Positions 50,818 to 62,937 of a stretch of DNA of 64,000 bases are shown piece by piece. The stretch lies in NCBI GenBank assembly GCA_040954595.2, contig CM082579.2, positions 8,111,625 to 8,175,624 of the forward strand, given 5' to 3'. A model generated the notes under the pieces. It ran no database searches and had not been told where the DNA came from. It worked only from the letters and a program-made list of their open reading frames with translations. Made by a program: the position numbers and the translations under genes. Origin of the DNA: Balanoglossus misakiensis (taxonomy: Eukaryota; Animalia; Hemichordata). How positions within the stretch are numbered: position 1 is the first letter of the stretch; each line of letters starts with the position of its first letter.

Positions 50818-53800
50818 ATGAAGGAAATCACCGTCCCACACTCCCATACAAAGATAATTTTGGTTTTTCTGACGTTGATAAACACACTAGCTGCTACAGC
50901 TAGCGAAGGTAATTATTTTGTTTCTTGAGAAATAGTGAGTTACCCGCAAAATTAAAGTTGATGGTTGGCGCACGGTGGAGGGGGAGTTCCCTCACAGACC
51001 AAAAACCATGTTTATAATATTTACTGGTACATAGCACAACGCCGTCAACGGAGAGTTATTGACAACATTACATATTTTTTCTCAGATATTATGAGGTTGT
51101 TGTACCATATTAGACAACATAATGGTTAGTTTATAGTTGTCAAAAAGTTTTGTGTACATGTACATACATACATTTGTAATGTCGATTTCTACCTTCTACT
51201 GTGTGCTTTTATACTGCAGGCCAAACGAGATATTGTTTTATTTTATAGACATGCCAAATGGCCAAACACAAGGGTTTCAAAAACTTAAGACGTTTTCTTA
51301 CATTAATAACACTCTCTCACAACGCATGATGTAGTAGGCAAAATATATCCATTTCCAACAAACTGAAATACATACATGTACTGATAGTATACACTCACAC
51401 ATTTTTTAGCAGGAAGAATCTGATTCAGATAAAATATTATTAAGACCACCGTGTGGCCTCAAATTAACACATCTTTTCAGGTGACATAAAAGTTAACTGT
51501 AACATTTAATCTGTCTGTTGTTGTATTTCAGATAAAAAGATGAATGTCTTATTTGTAGTTTACGATGACTTAAAACCGACTGTAGGATGCTATGGTGGTG
51601 AATATCCCTACATAACTCCCAACATTGACCAACTGGCAAAATACTCGGTCAGATTTAACAAAGCCTACGCCCAGGTTAGTCAATTGTCATCATCACCCAG
51701 CCTTCAAATTTATTTTTCGTTTCGATTAGACTAGTCTTCTCCACACCATACAGAAAGCTATCCTATTCTCTTTTTTTTCTATTTCAGCAAGCAGTATGTG
51801 GTCCAAGCCGGTCATCGTTCCTAACAGGCAGACGTCCAGACACAACAAGACTCTATGACTTTGGGTCATACTGGAGGGATTTTGCCGGCAATTTTACAAC
51901 AATTCCACAACACTTCAAGGAGAACGGTTACTTGACTGTCTCAATGGGAAAAGTGATGCACCCAGGTGAGGAATTAACCACTAAACAAAAGATTACCAAT
52001 ATTTACGTCGAGGACGCTTTGAGAGTCCGGAAAGACCCGGCACATGTAAAATCTTTTTTCTTCTTCTTTTGAATTCTTCTCATGTTGAGACTTGTTAGAA
52101 TGTCTCTTTCTGATTCCCACTATTTGTGGGAATATTGTGGTAAAAACATCTAAAAGATCCTGATTTGACCTTCATTACAGGCATTGCTTCCAATTACACC
52201 GATGACTATCCATACAGCTGGTCTCAACCTGCATATCATCCTTCATCACAGAAGTATCACTGGACTCCAGTTAGTACATTATTCATGTCAGCAAATAAAC
52301 AGATAAAGACCAATTCTTTTAAATTCTTTGATGTCATTTCTTCTTGCCACTGTCTCATGTTTTAAGTCTTTTTTTAACATCATCTGTATCAACAAGCCAG
52401 TTGAATCTGCTGTGAATTGTCATTTCAGTCATGTCCAGGCCCAGGTGGCGACCACTACAGGAACCTTTGCTGTCCGCTCGACGTGAAAACCCAACCAGGC
52501 GGCACTCTACCCGACATCCAGAGCACAGAATACGCCATAGAGTTACTGACCAATATCTCCAGGCAACGCGAGAACCAGACAGACTCGGGCGAAGGGCAGC
52601 CGTTCTTCTTGGCCCTGGGCTACCACAAACCCCACATCTCCTTCAAGTATCCCAAGGAGTTCCAGGATCTCTACCCGCTGTCCAGCATCAAGCTGGCGCC
52701 CAATCCCACTCTGCCCCCCAAGATGCCGCACGTCGCCTGGGAAACGATGATGATGCTGAGGAAAAGGGATGACGTCAAAGTGCTGAATTTGACGTATCCA
52801 TTTGCTCATGTACCAGACGAGTTCCAGGTAATGTATAGATAATACGTTTAGATGAATCACAAATATCCCTACTGGATCAGTTTATTTATACACCCCCATT
52901 AATGGAACGAAGTACAGTTTTCATCCTCTTGTCATATTCTGTGCATTGAAATCTGACTTGGATGTATGCTTTTTTTGTTACAGTTGAAAATAAGACAGAG
53001 CTACTATGCATCAACAACGTATGTCGACAGTGAACTTGGCAAAGTATTGATGCACCTAGACAAGCTTGGGTTTGCCAACAACACAATCATTGTAGTCTTC
53101 GGTGATCATGGTAAGAAAGTATTTTTTTACCAGGGGTACCGGGCGCCTTTACATTTCTGTAGTTATACTTGTGGAGTGATGTGAGCATTTGATCCAAGAT
53201 GTCTGACAAAAATGACATATTCTTATTTGATCAGGATATTTGTTTGGACCAAACTCAGACAACCTGTCTAATCCGGCAGTAAGATTTCATGTACACCAGG
53301 GATATATCTTTGATGTTTCTTTTTATGTGTACTTTACCCACATATCACCCTTGGTCCCTTACTGATTTGGACTGGAGCTTTTTCATTACACCCAAGTGTA
53401 AAAAATCTATTTAAGAAGAAAAACATCCAGTTTGTAAGTTTCACGGATGTATTGACTGAAAGTGGCTTTTTTTCTTCTTCTCGCACATCAGGCTGGTCAC
53501 TGGGAGAACACCAAGAATTTGAAAAATACCAGAATTTTGAGAGCACCACAAGAGTTCCATTGGTTGTGTACGTGCCAGGAGTGACGGACAAAGGAACAGA
53601 ACCCAAACCTGCTGGAAAGAAGTTTCCCTTCATCAATCCCCTGAAACACGGGCCAAAGACGAAGCCGGAGAAGTATTCTAACGATGTGCCCGTCAAACCT
53701 CGGAAATACAATGCAAAAACGGACTATGTGCAGCCACAGAAATCTGGACTTGTGAGCGACGACTTCGTGGAACTAGTCGACCTGTTCCCGACGCTGTCGG

Positions 53801-54252
53801 AGTTGGCCGGACTGAAAGTTCCACCCGTCTGTCCGACGAATCCTTTCAAGGTGGACTTCTGCTCGGAAGGGGTCAGCTTCGTGCCGGTCATAGAACACCT
53901 CGTCGACAAGACGTACGGCACGTCTTTCAAGTGGAAGAATGCCAGCTTCAGTCAGTACCCGCGCCCGTCGGACGAGCCGCAGCCCAACAGCGATCTGCCG
54001 GATTTGAGTAACATCAAAATCATGGGTTACACCATGAGAACTGACAAGTATCGCTACACGGAGTGGGTTGGTTTTGATCCGACTCAGTTCAAGGTGGATT
54101 GGGCGGAGGTGCACGCCAGAGAACTGTACGTCTACGAGTCGGATCCGTATGAAGATAACAACGTGGCTGGCGAGTTGGAGTACCAACAACTGGCGGGGGA
54201 ATTATCGGAAAAGTTGAAACTCGGCTGGCGAAGTGCTATCCCGAAATTGTAG
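50818..54252 (+). CDS. IDS: Iduronate 2-sulfatase
   Basis: Signal-peptide exon 50818-50908; [12 protein letters not shown]; sulfatase signature [25 protein letters not shown] (Cys to formylglycine); GKVMHPG; [12 protein letters not shown]; GDHGWSLGEH; [21 protein letters not shown]. Confidence 0.96.
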
Positions 54253-55040
54253 CCACTGTGTGAAGATTAAAACACTGGAAGAAAAAAAACGTGGAATGGG
54301 CAACAAAAGTTTTAATTGCGATCCCAATTTTTTATTTCAGTATGGTTACACAATTGCATGCGCTTCGCAGATATTTCTCATCGAGTGCTTATAATTTTAA
54401 AACCTACAAGGTCACATCATTGTTTTAATGTGCCGTTTTTTATTACCATATGCAAAATTTGAGTCATCATGCCTGTAGCCTTAGGTACAGTTTATGATAA
54501 TTATCATTGACCATTGGTGCTTAAAAATAATTGCTTACCATTTGCATTCTCTATTAACCACTTCATTTTTCAAGGAAATATACAAGACAGGCACTTTCTA
54601 TATTTTCTCCGCAATGTAATTATTTGCTCTGGCTGTTAGAAAATCGACAATTTGTCTTCTGCAATTCCCAATTCTCTTGTGCCATTACATGTACTTTGGA
54701 CACATGCAGAGAGAGGCTGGACCATCATCTGTGAGTTTTATATTTATCAGAATAGTGAAACTTTGAAACTGCAAATTTTGATAAATCTTGACTACTGAAG
54801 TTGTACAATTCATGCCGTACATAAAACAAAAATGTATTTCACTGGTATCATGTGGATAATTTCTCTTGTAGAATCATATTCTGGAAGATGTATAATAAAG
54901 AAAAAAAATCTTTTTGAAAACTACAGGCAGGGTAAAGGCAAGGAAATCAAAGTGAATAAATGTTGTCGTTTGTATTTTCATTTTTCAACTTTTCTGTGAG
55001 GCTTTACAAACACAGCATGCCTACTGCTTACCCTAACTTT

Positions 55041-55059
55041 ACAATAAAGATTTTATTGT
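55041..55059. terminator. Back-to-back poly(A) signals for convergent IDS (+) and RARS1 (-)
   Basis: ACAATAAA-GAT-TTTATTGT: AATAAA 55043-55048 on + and TTTATT 55052-55057 (AATAAA on -). Other + signals at ~54894 and ~54955 exist. Confidence 0.45.
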
Positions 55060-55223
55060 TTACAAAATTGTGTGAGTTTGTCTTTACTTGTTGCAAACAG
55101 TTGTAACGTTCACCTATTTTAAAGAACAAGAGACCATAGACATTTATTTTCCTGGTGCAAATATGAGTATCAAATATACAGGATTCTCTATTGGGGCTTG
55201 CGTGATTATTTAACCATGATTTT

Positions 55224-58200
55224 TTACATTTTCTCAACTGGTTTGATACCCAAGATTTGGAATCCAGTTTCTATGATGTTGGCTGTGGCTTCACACAGTA
55301 GCAGACGACCCGTGTTGACTTTGACAATTTCTCCTGTAATAAAAAAAGGAATGCATGAAAGGAGAAATATAATTATAATGTGTTGATGTTGAGACAGCAA
55401 GCCAGTAAGACCATCTGTAGGTTTACACCATGTAGCAGAGAACATAAGACACACAGACACATAACCTTAAATAGTGTGTGTGTTTGTGCACTGTTTCCTC
55501 ACCTGTTTGTCGGTCTTTCTCAACACAGTAACAATTGTCGTAGAACTCTGTAAAAGTGGTGGCCACCTCATAGAGGTAATCGCACAGAGTGTGCATGCAC
55601 AGATCATCATAGACGCGCAGCACGATCTCGGGAAGACGAATCAGACATTTCCCAAGTTTCCACTCCTTGGGATGCTCCAGTCCAATCGGTATTGTCTCCG
55701 CCTCCTTCTTGAGGGTTTCCCGGCTCACACTTGCCAGACGGGCGATGGACCTGATTGTGATTGGACAAAAGACACAATCATTTCACAAATCTGCTTATTC
55801 AAACAAAAAGCTGACTGTTTGCAACATATATTACCCCCGTATTACAACTGGGCCCGTCTATACACTGAGATGTTAACAAGTTCATACAATTGATAATACT
55901 TTACCTGATTCTAGTGTAAGCGTACAACAAGTAAGCAGCTGTATTGCCCTTGTCATCCAACATCTGTCAACAGAAAATCGAACAAACTTTAGGAATGAAA
56001 ATAGTTTTCTTAGGAATTTTGTTTATAACTGGGATGAAATCTAAAAAAGCAACCCCCCCCCCCAAGAGAAGTTATTAAGGGCATAAATGACTGACCTTAT
56101 CAAATGAGAAGACATAATCATTGACTCGGTTGTGGCAGAGATCGCTGTACTTGATACAGCCATACGCCACGGCTTCTTGAGCAGCTTTAAGTTCTTCCGG
56201 TGTCAAAACCTGATCAGGGCAAGAAAGACAGTACAAGTAAGTATGCCTCTGGACAGAACTGATGTTAAAGGCCTTTTTCTCGATCCCAGGGCAGAACAAT
56301 GGACAAGAACAATACTTTGCAAGGAACTCAATGGAACAAAATAATTCTGTGAGACGGCAACTTCAAGATGATTCAGTTGATACACTCAGTCCGTACCTGA
56401 TCTCTGCCTTTATCTTTCAGTTTCTCGCCCGATCGTTTGAGGCCTTCGTCTAGCAGGTCAATCAGTCGGATAGTTTCACCTGACCGGGTCTTGAATTTTT
56501 TCCTGTAATGGAAAGCACCATCATGACTTGTGTTTTCAGTTTACACACCAAGCATCCACACTGGACGAAATTCACCATATTTTTTTCAATCAAGACTGAC
56601 TAAAGTATGAGAACTTCAATGAAAATTGTCCCATTGCGACAAACAGCCTGATGTACTACATAGCTGATGAACTTGAAAAAACAAATTGGGTGATGTTGGG
56701 GCACCGAGAGATAGAACACAAGTCTTCATTCCTACTCACTTGTCCTCACCGAGCACCACGCCAAAACCGATATGTTCGACACGGACGGCTGACGGGTCGT
56801 ACCATCCTGCCTTCTGAGCACCGTTAAATATCAACTTGAAATGGAGCCCCTGTGGTAGAGAAAAAAAAAATGAAATTCAAGGAAAACTAGGACGACTCAG
56901 TCCTCACTGGGGCATATTTTGTCAAACAGTGTTGCTACATTATCCTTCATACACGGCAAGTTTTGTGCATTGAAAGGACTATATGCTAGTACCCCCGGTA
57001 GGGGTGATAAACGTAGTCTACATGTAAACACTACCCACACACCTGTCCAGCATCAACTACGTAAAGGATCCCATCGGCCTTCTCTTCTACCAGCCGGTGA
57101 TTGACAGCTGCCATGTCCGATGTGTCGTACGTGAGACCGCCATCCGACTTGACGATGGTCATCGGCACATCGCTGCCAGGCACAAACATCACTTTCCTTC
57201 CCTCATCAAGTTCCAGTAGTCCTAGCAATGCAACCACAATGGAGAGTGATGTTATTTGTTGACTTTGTCGTGTGTAATATATTTCATGCAAAATTGATGG
57301 CTGCTGTTTAGATTTGCATCTTACCCTTGCTTTCCAATTCCTGTACAATCCCCGGCATCATGTCCTGGTAGAAGGATTCGCCACGTTCGATGAGAGAAAT
57401 GTCCAGCCGGTCGTAGATCTTCTGAAACTCTGAAAGCAATGGGAAGAAACAAAACCTTGAGGAAAATATTTGAAACTTTCTGAATTAGCCTATACAGACT
57501 ACAAATCATCAATGATGACGTCCAAGACCAATCAAAAGTGATCCAGATACAGGCTGGGCCAATCGCAACAGTGCTTAGAACAAGGTGGACCAATCAGATC
57601 AGGTGCTCACCTTTGCGCGATTCCTCACAGATCAGATTCCATGCCTTGGTCACATTCGCTTCCCTGGCCTGTAACTTAACCACGTACTGATAAGCTCGAC
57701 GCTTGAAGTCCTCGTCCTGGTCAAACCTCACCTTGGAATCCTGAGTGAAAAACAAAACCAAATGGAAATTTGTTCACATTCTACTGCGTTGGCTCAAGAA
57801 GCAAATGTGACATTTTTATGCCCATTTCATTTCAAATGAAATGAATCTCATCTGATAATAATGATTTCCACACTAACTGACTATATGTAGTTACCTTGTA
57901 GAAGGCTTGCAGGTCACCGATTGGCGGAGAGACTTCCATGTAATTTGGATACTTGTCAACCAGGTTGGCAATTAGCATACCAAACTGTGTGCCCCAATCA
58001 CCGACATGATTCAGTCGCAGAACATCATGACCTATGACACGCAAACAACATTATCATTAGAGATCATGCACAGGGCGCTATTTTTCTCATTCCCAGCCAA
58101 TGAATTCTGGTATAGGTAATGTAGCTCTAACAATATTCCATGTGTCACTTGATTGTGTGTTACATTTTTCCACACCATACTACATGTAACATCCGATAAA

Positions 58201-60216
58201 TTGTTCTGGACTCAAGTTAGAGTCAAAGGAAATGTTGACACGTCGCCTTACCCACATACTCCAGCAGACGGCAGATGCTATCCCCAATGATGGTTGACCT
58301 AAGATGGCCGACGTGCATCTCCTTGGCGATGTTGGGAGACGACAGGTCCACCACGTAGCGCAGCTTCGGACCCACTGGAGGCGGACGCACGCCTTTGGTG
58401 ACCAAGGCAGTCAGCTTCTCTGACACAAATAACTTCTTGAGGTGAACGTTGATGAAACCTGGCCCTGCAATCTCAGTCTGGGGAAATGGAAAATAAGATG
58501 TAACTGGACCAGTTTGATTTGCGTACCCTCACAGAAGCACAAATGGAAGTTGATTCAAACCTGACCAAGTTAAAACTGTTCTAACAACAGGACAAGTAAC
58601 TTGCATAAATGTTATGTGCCTTGACTGGCTGATGGTTACTCTTGCCTTGCCAGTTACGAAACATATCTACATCACAACATGCAGCAACTCTACCTTATCT
58701 ATGATGTCAGTGGGTGGTAGCTCCTTCACGATGTTTTCGGCGATTTCACGTGGGTTCTTCTTTATACCCATTGCTTTCAGTTGCTGTGGAAGATAAGAGA
58801 AATTGTGCAATTGGTCAAGGTTGTGTGAGTGAGTGATGTACTGTAATCCAGCGTATGAACCGGAGTACCGGGATCCAAAGTTGGAATTCAATACCAACAT
58901 TTCCTCAAATCATGACTCTGCATCTAGAATCAGGCGTACAGTCACGTATGCACATTTAGCCAAAGTCATTAGTTACCATGGAAAAGTTGAGATCAAGCAA
59001 AATCAGATTTCTTCACTTAGTACAGAGATGATTGCGTCCGTCTTCTAACAGTATGTGTGAGACTATTTAAGAATCTGTATGACAAAATGTGCGTGTACAA
59101 ATATACACCATCATAATAATGCTGATGATTAGAGTCACCTGTGCGATGTTCATGGCACTGTTGCACTGGTAATCACCGAACTTCTCGCTTGTGCTCAAGG
59201 ACAGGATGACCGGAGGATTGGCAAGCTCTGGTACCGCTCTCTTGACCGCGTCGACAAATATCTCATCCAGGACGTTGATGAGACTCGGCTGCCTCTGTTC
59301 CTGCATGGCCTCTTGCTCAGCAATGCTCTTTAGAACATAAAATGAAATTCGAAAAATATTACTATTACATCAATGAAGCTGTCTTGTAATATATGCTATG
59401 CAGCTTTAGTAAGACAATTTACCTTTTGCAGGATGTTGAGCCGATACTTCAACTTTTCATTTTCAGCGCGAAGCTTCGCCAACTTGGGGGAGACGGACTC
59501 TAGACTGATATCCGGTGGCAGTTCACCATTTGACAGGCATTCAATCTCTTCTGTCAGGATTTTGATTTCAGATTCCTGTAACAGGAACAACAGCATGTCA
59601 CTATTGTCAGTCTTAACTTCTGTGGAATATGATTTGATTTATATTATCAGATACATTTATTAAAAAAGAAGAAGAATGATTTGAGGCGGGGTACAAGATC
59701 AAAGATACATTTTCAATTGGACTTTATAGTCAGCCAATAACTATACACTCATATGGCCTGGCGTTAAGTGAGGGCGTACTGTTGAAATGAAACCCAATAA
59801 AAATTGTTTCGGTCTTGCATCATCCAATATTTCCAGCCTGCTGACTTTAAAACAATGGTTTCGCTTTCACATTTCAGAGTCAGACAACAGGAACGCACGG
59901 GTTTCATGAAATAAAAAGACCTGTGGCCAGCTCCAGTCCATTAACGGTTGTGACCGTGAAAGAATAAAGTATCGAACTCATTTAATTTTAAATGAATGAA
60001 TGACACGAGTCAGGACAACCATGCTGGCAGCTCAGCCACACACGCGGCCATAGAGGTGGACAAGGACAGCTGCTGGGAGACGGGCGCCCCCAGTCCAATC
60101 GAGTGGACATTGCTAGCTAAAAAGTATAGAAAAATTAAAATAAAAGTCTACGAAGAAGGTACATGTCAATTTACCTGCTGTTGACAGCGCTTCGTGTACT
60201 CTACAACAGTTTCCAT
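55224..60216 (-). CDS. RARS1: Cytoplasmic arginyl-tRNA synthetase with N-terminal leucine-zipper extension
   Basis: [14 protein letters not shown]|[11 protein letters not shown]; [10 protein letters not shown]; IAGPGFIN; [22 protein letters not shown] (HIGH motif); [14 protein letters not shown]; KKFKTRSGE; [19 protein letters not shown]; ends LGIKPVEKM*. Confidence 0.97.
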
Positions 60217-60524
60217 ATTCAGCTGTGCGACCCACACAAGTTACAAGTTGTATGATGAATTGAAGTGCACTTTGACCTCCGACCTCCGGCTTTTTTCATC
60301 TTGTTTAATTTTTACATTTACTCCTAACAACTTACTTTCATGGCAATTATAAACTATTAAAAACGTCTGAAATCCATGGGTCGTGCATTTTTGAAACACC
60401 GATATTCTTAAATGAAAATTTTATTTGCTCTGATTTTAATTCCCAGCATTCAGTAGACATCATGGCCGTCTGCTCCTGTTGCAGATGTCCCTCCTGGGAT
60501 TTTCCTCTCAGAATTCGCAAAACA
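60217..60524. promoter_or_regulatory. RARS1/AKAP17A bidirectional promoter
   Basis: About 300 bp between the RARS1 ATG and the AKAP17A exon-1 donor; TGACCTCCGACCT DR1-like repeat ~60273, ZNF143-like TTCCCAGCATTCA ~60440, YY1-like CATGGCCG ~60461. Confidence 0.6.
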
Positions 60525-60744
60525 GTAAGTTGCACCGAACTTGAGCACAAGCCTTAATTTTGGAAGGAGTTGCATAACTTCATTTGTAAGTAACGCGTTT
60601 ACAAATTACTCTGGTACTCTAAGAACTCCGGTAACACTCTTGTTCGACCATCTTCTGTTTATGTTGACGTCTGGTCAACGTTGTTGTCGCACTGAACATT
60701 GGCACACCCAGCACCTGTCTGCTCCCTGAGAGTTAATCGACGCC

Positions 60745-62937
60745 ATGTCAGTAACGACTCAGTTGTGCTCGGACACAACAGAGGCCGAGGAGCTTCTCGC
60801 CGAACAGTCCCTGTACCTGAAACCGGTGGCCAAGCTGAACATCTCAGTGACACTCCCCCAGCTGAAGGCCCCTGGGAAGTCCATCAGCAACTGGGAGGTG
60901 ATGGAGAAGATCAAGCAGATGATCAAGCCAGACACCTTCAGTGTTTTGAAGGTATCGAAGAGTTCCCTCGAGTTTATTCGTTTTGAGGGAGAAGTGGAAG
61001 CCAAGAGCTTATTGAAGACTCTGATGGCGCGGCTCGACGGCAAAAGCATAAAACTGAGCGGGTTTACTGAGATTCTCCGAGTGCGCGCCGCGGAGGCAAA
61101 GACTACTTTCCCAACGCGTCACGACTGGGACAGCTTCTTCCGGGATGCCAAAAACATGAACGATAATAGACCGGGAGAGCGCCCGGACACCATACGTCTG
61201 GAGCATCTCCCGTGCCGGTGGTTTGCCACGAAGAAGGACCCGGACAAACCCAGCGAGTTTATCCTGAAGAAAGTGTTTGAACAATATGGGGACATTCGCA
61301 ACGTGGACATCCCCATGCTTGACCCGTACAGGAGAGAGAACTTTGTCGGGAATGCCAACAACTTTCAGACTTTCTCATTCGGTGGGCACTTGAACTTTGA
61401 TGCATATGTGCAGTTTTCCGAGTATATAGGATTTGTGAAAGCAATGAACGCGTTCAGGAGCATGAAGTTATTGTACAAGGCAGAGGATGGGAAATCCCAC
61501 ACAGCCAATGTAAAGGTAAGATGGCGCTTAATGTTCCATTTCATAGTCGTTTGGTTCCCAAGTCAACATCTACCGGTAATACAGATATCCAAACCCCGGT
61601 GAAATTCAATCATTGGTGAAATTTGGTTCATAATATCTTATATTGTTTGCTTCAATTGATTTTATTTGACAGGTTGACTTTGACAAGACCAAACATCTTT
61701 GTGAGAAGAGCATTAAGAAGAGGGCCATGGAGAGAAAGAAGTTGATCGACCTTGAAAAGGAGAGAGAAGAGAGAATTCGGAAAGAGAGAGAGGAAGAAGA
61801 AAGAAAGAAAGATGAAGAAAGGTTTGTGCCACTCTGTGGGTAGCTGGTCTTACTGCCAAGACCTCAAACCTCTGGCAAAGCTGCTAAGACTATAAGAGTA
61901 GCAACTGAAGTTTGTGAGGTCTGGCCGGTAGCGTACAGTACGTGCCCGTAAAGTATAAGTGTAGCAAGGGAAAATGCCAAGGCACATGACATCACATGGT
62001 TGATGGAAATTTGTTCATTTTGATTGTTGTTCTCCTTGGGCATCAGGAAATGACAGTTTTCTTCTGGTGAAATTTTGAAGTTCAGTGATGTGGCTTTTTT
62101 GATCAAAAATGAAACTGCACAAATTGACACTTTGCTTCATTTGTTTGGTCTGTTTTGCAGCTAGACAGATCATTTTATCTTCTCGCTACTTGCCTTTTTG
62201 ATCCAGGAGGAAACTGGAAGAGGAGGAGAAAGAGAAAGAGAGGAGGAGGCAGGAGAAACAACAACGACGGAAAGAGAACCAGCAACGGAGGGAAGAAGCG
62301 AGAAGGCGAAGGCGCGAGGAGAAGAGGAGACTTGTAGCTGAACAGGAATTGCAGCGGAAGATAGCGCTGGAAGAAAGGAAGATTCTTCTGGCACAGAGAA
62401 AGTTGGAGTCGATGAGAATGCTGACAGAACTTCTGGAGAGAGCTAAGGTTAGACTCACATTGGTGTGTGTGTTATATCTTGGGGGGGGGGGGGGGGCCTT
62501 CAGATTTTGTTGGATCTGTTGAATTTGGACTTATCCACAAGTTTATGCCCTTTAACCCAACCTGTGATGTGGTTTTTGGGTAAAGTGTTCCCACAATTCC
62601 CTGATGTTGATTGTTTGTTTGTTTGTTGTCGTGCACTCAGGTGATCAAACAGGAACAGGAAGAGCAGAGGAAGCTGCAAGAGTTGGAGGAGGAGAAGAAG
62701 CGAGTTCTGCGGGAGGAGGAGAGAAAGAAGGCCGAGGAGGCCAAACGGAGACAAGTGAAAGAGAAAAGGAAAGCGGAGAGACTCAAAAGGCAGGAGGAGG
62801 ACCTGCGGAAGAAAATCCTGAAAAATTTCCAAATGAAACAAGAGAAAGAGGACCTTGAGCAGAGAGAGGTGCGAAGGAAACAACTGAAGGGCAAGTCCCT
62901 GAAGTCAGCCGTTGTGGTGACCTCAAGTACCAGATGA
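60745..62937 (+). CDS. AKAP17A: A-kinase anchor protein 17A / splicing factor XE7
   Basis: LYLKPVAKLNISVTLPQLK..GKSISNWEVMEK, FPTRHDWDSFFRDAK, PGERPDTI..LPCRWF, IRNVDIPMLDPYR; then VDFDKTKHL exon (~61673-61821), R/E-rich exon (~62207-62447, RKLESMRMLTELL) and last exon 62641-62937. Upstream exon donor after 60524. Confidence 0.94.

Noticed and set aside
55224-60216. RARS1 and PLP1 both underlie human hypomyelinating leukodystrophies and have homologues in this window
   Set aside because: Nothing in the sequence links them functionally; treated as coincidence.
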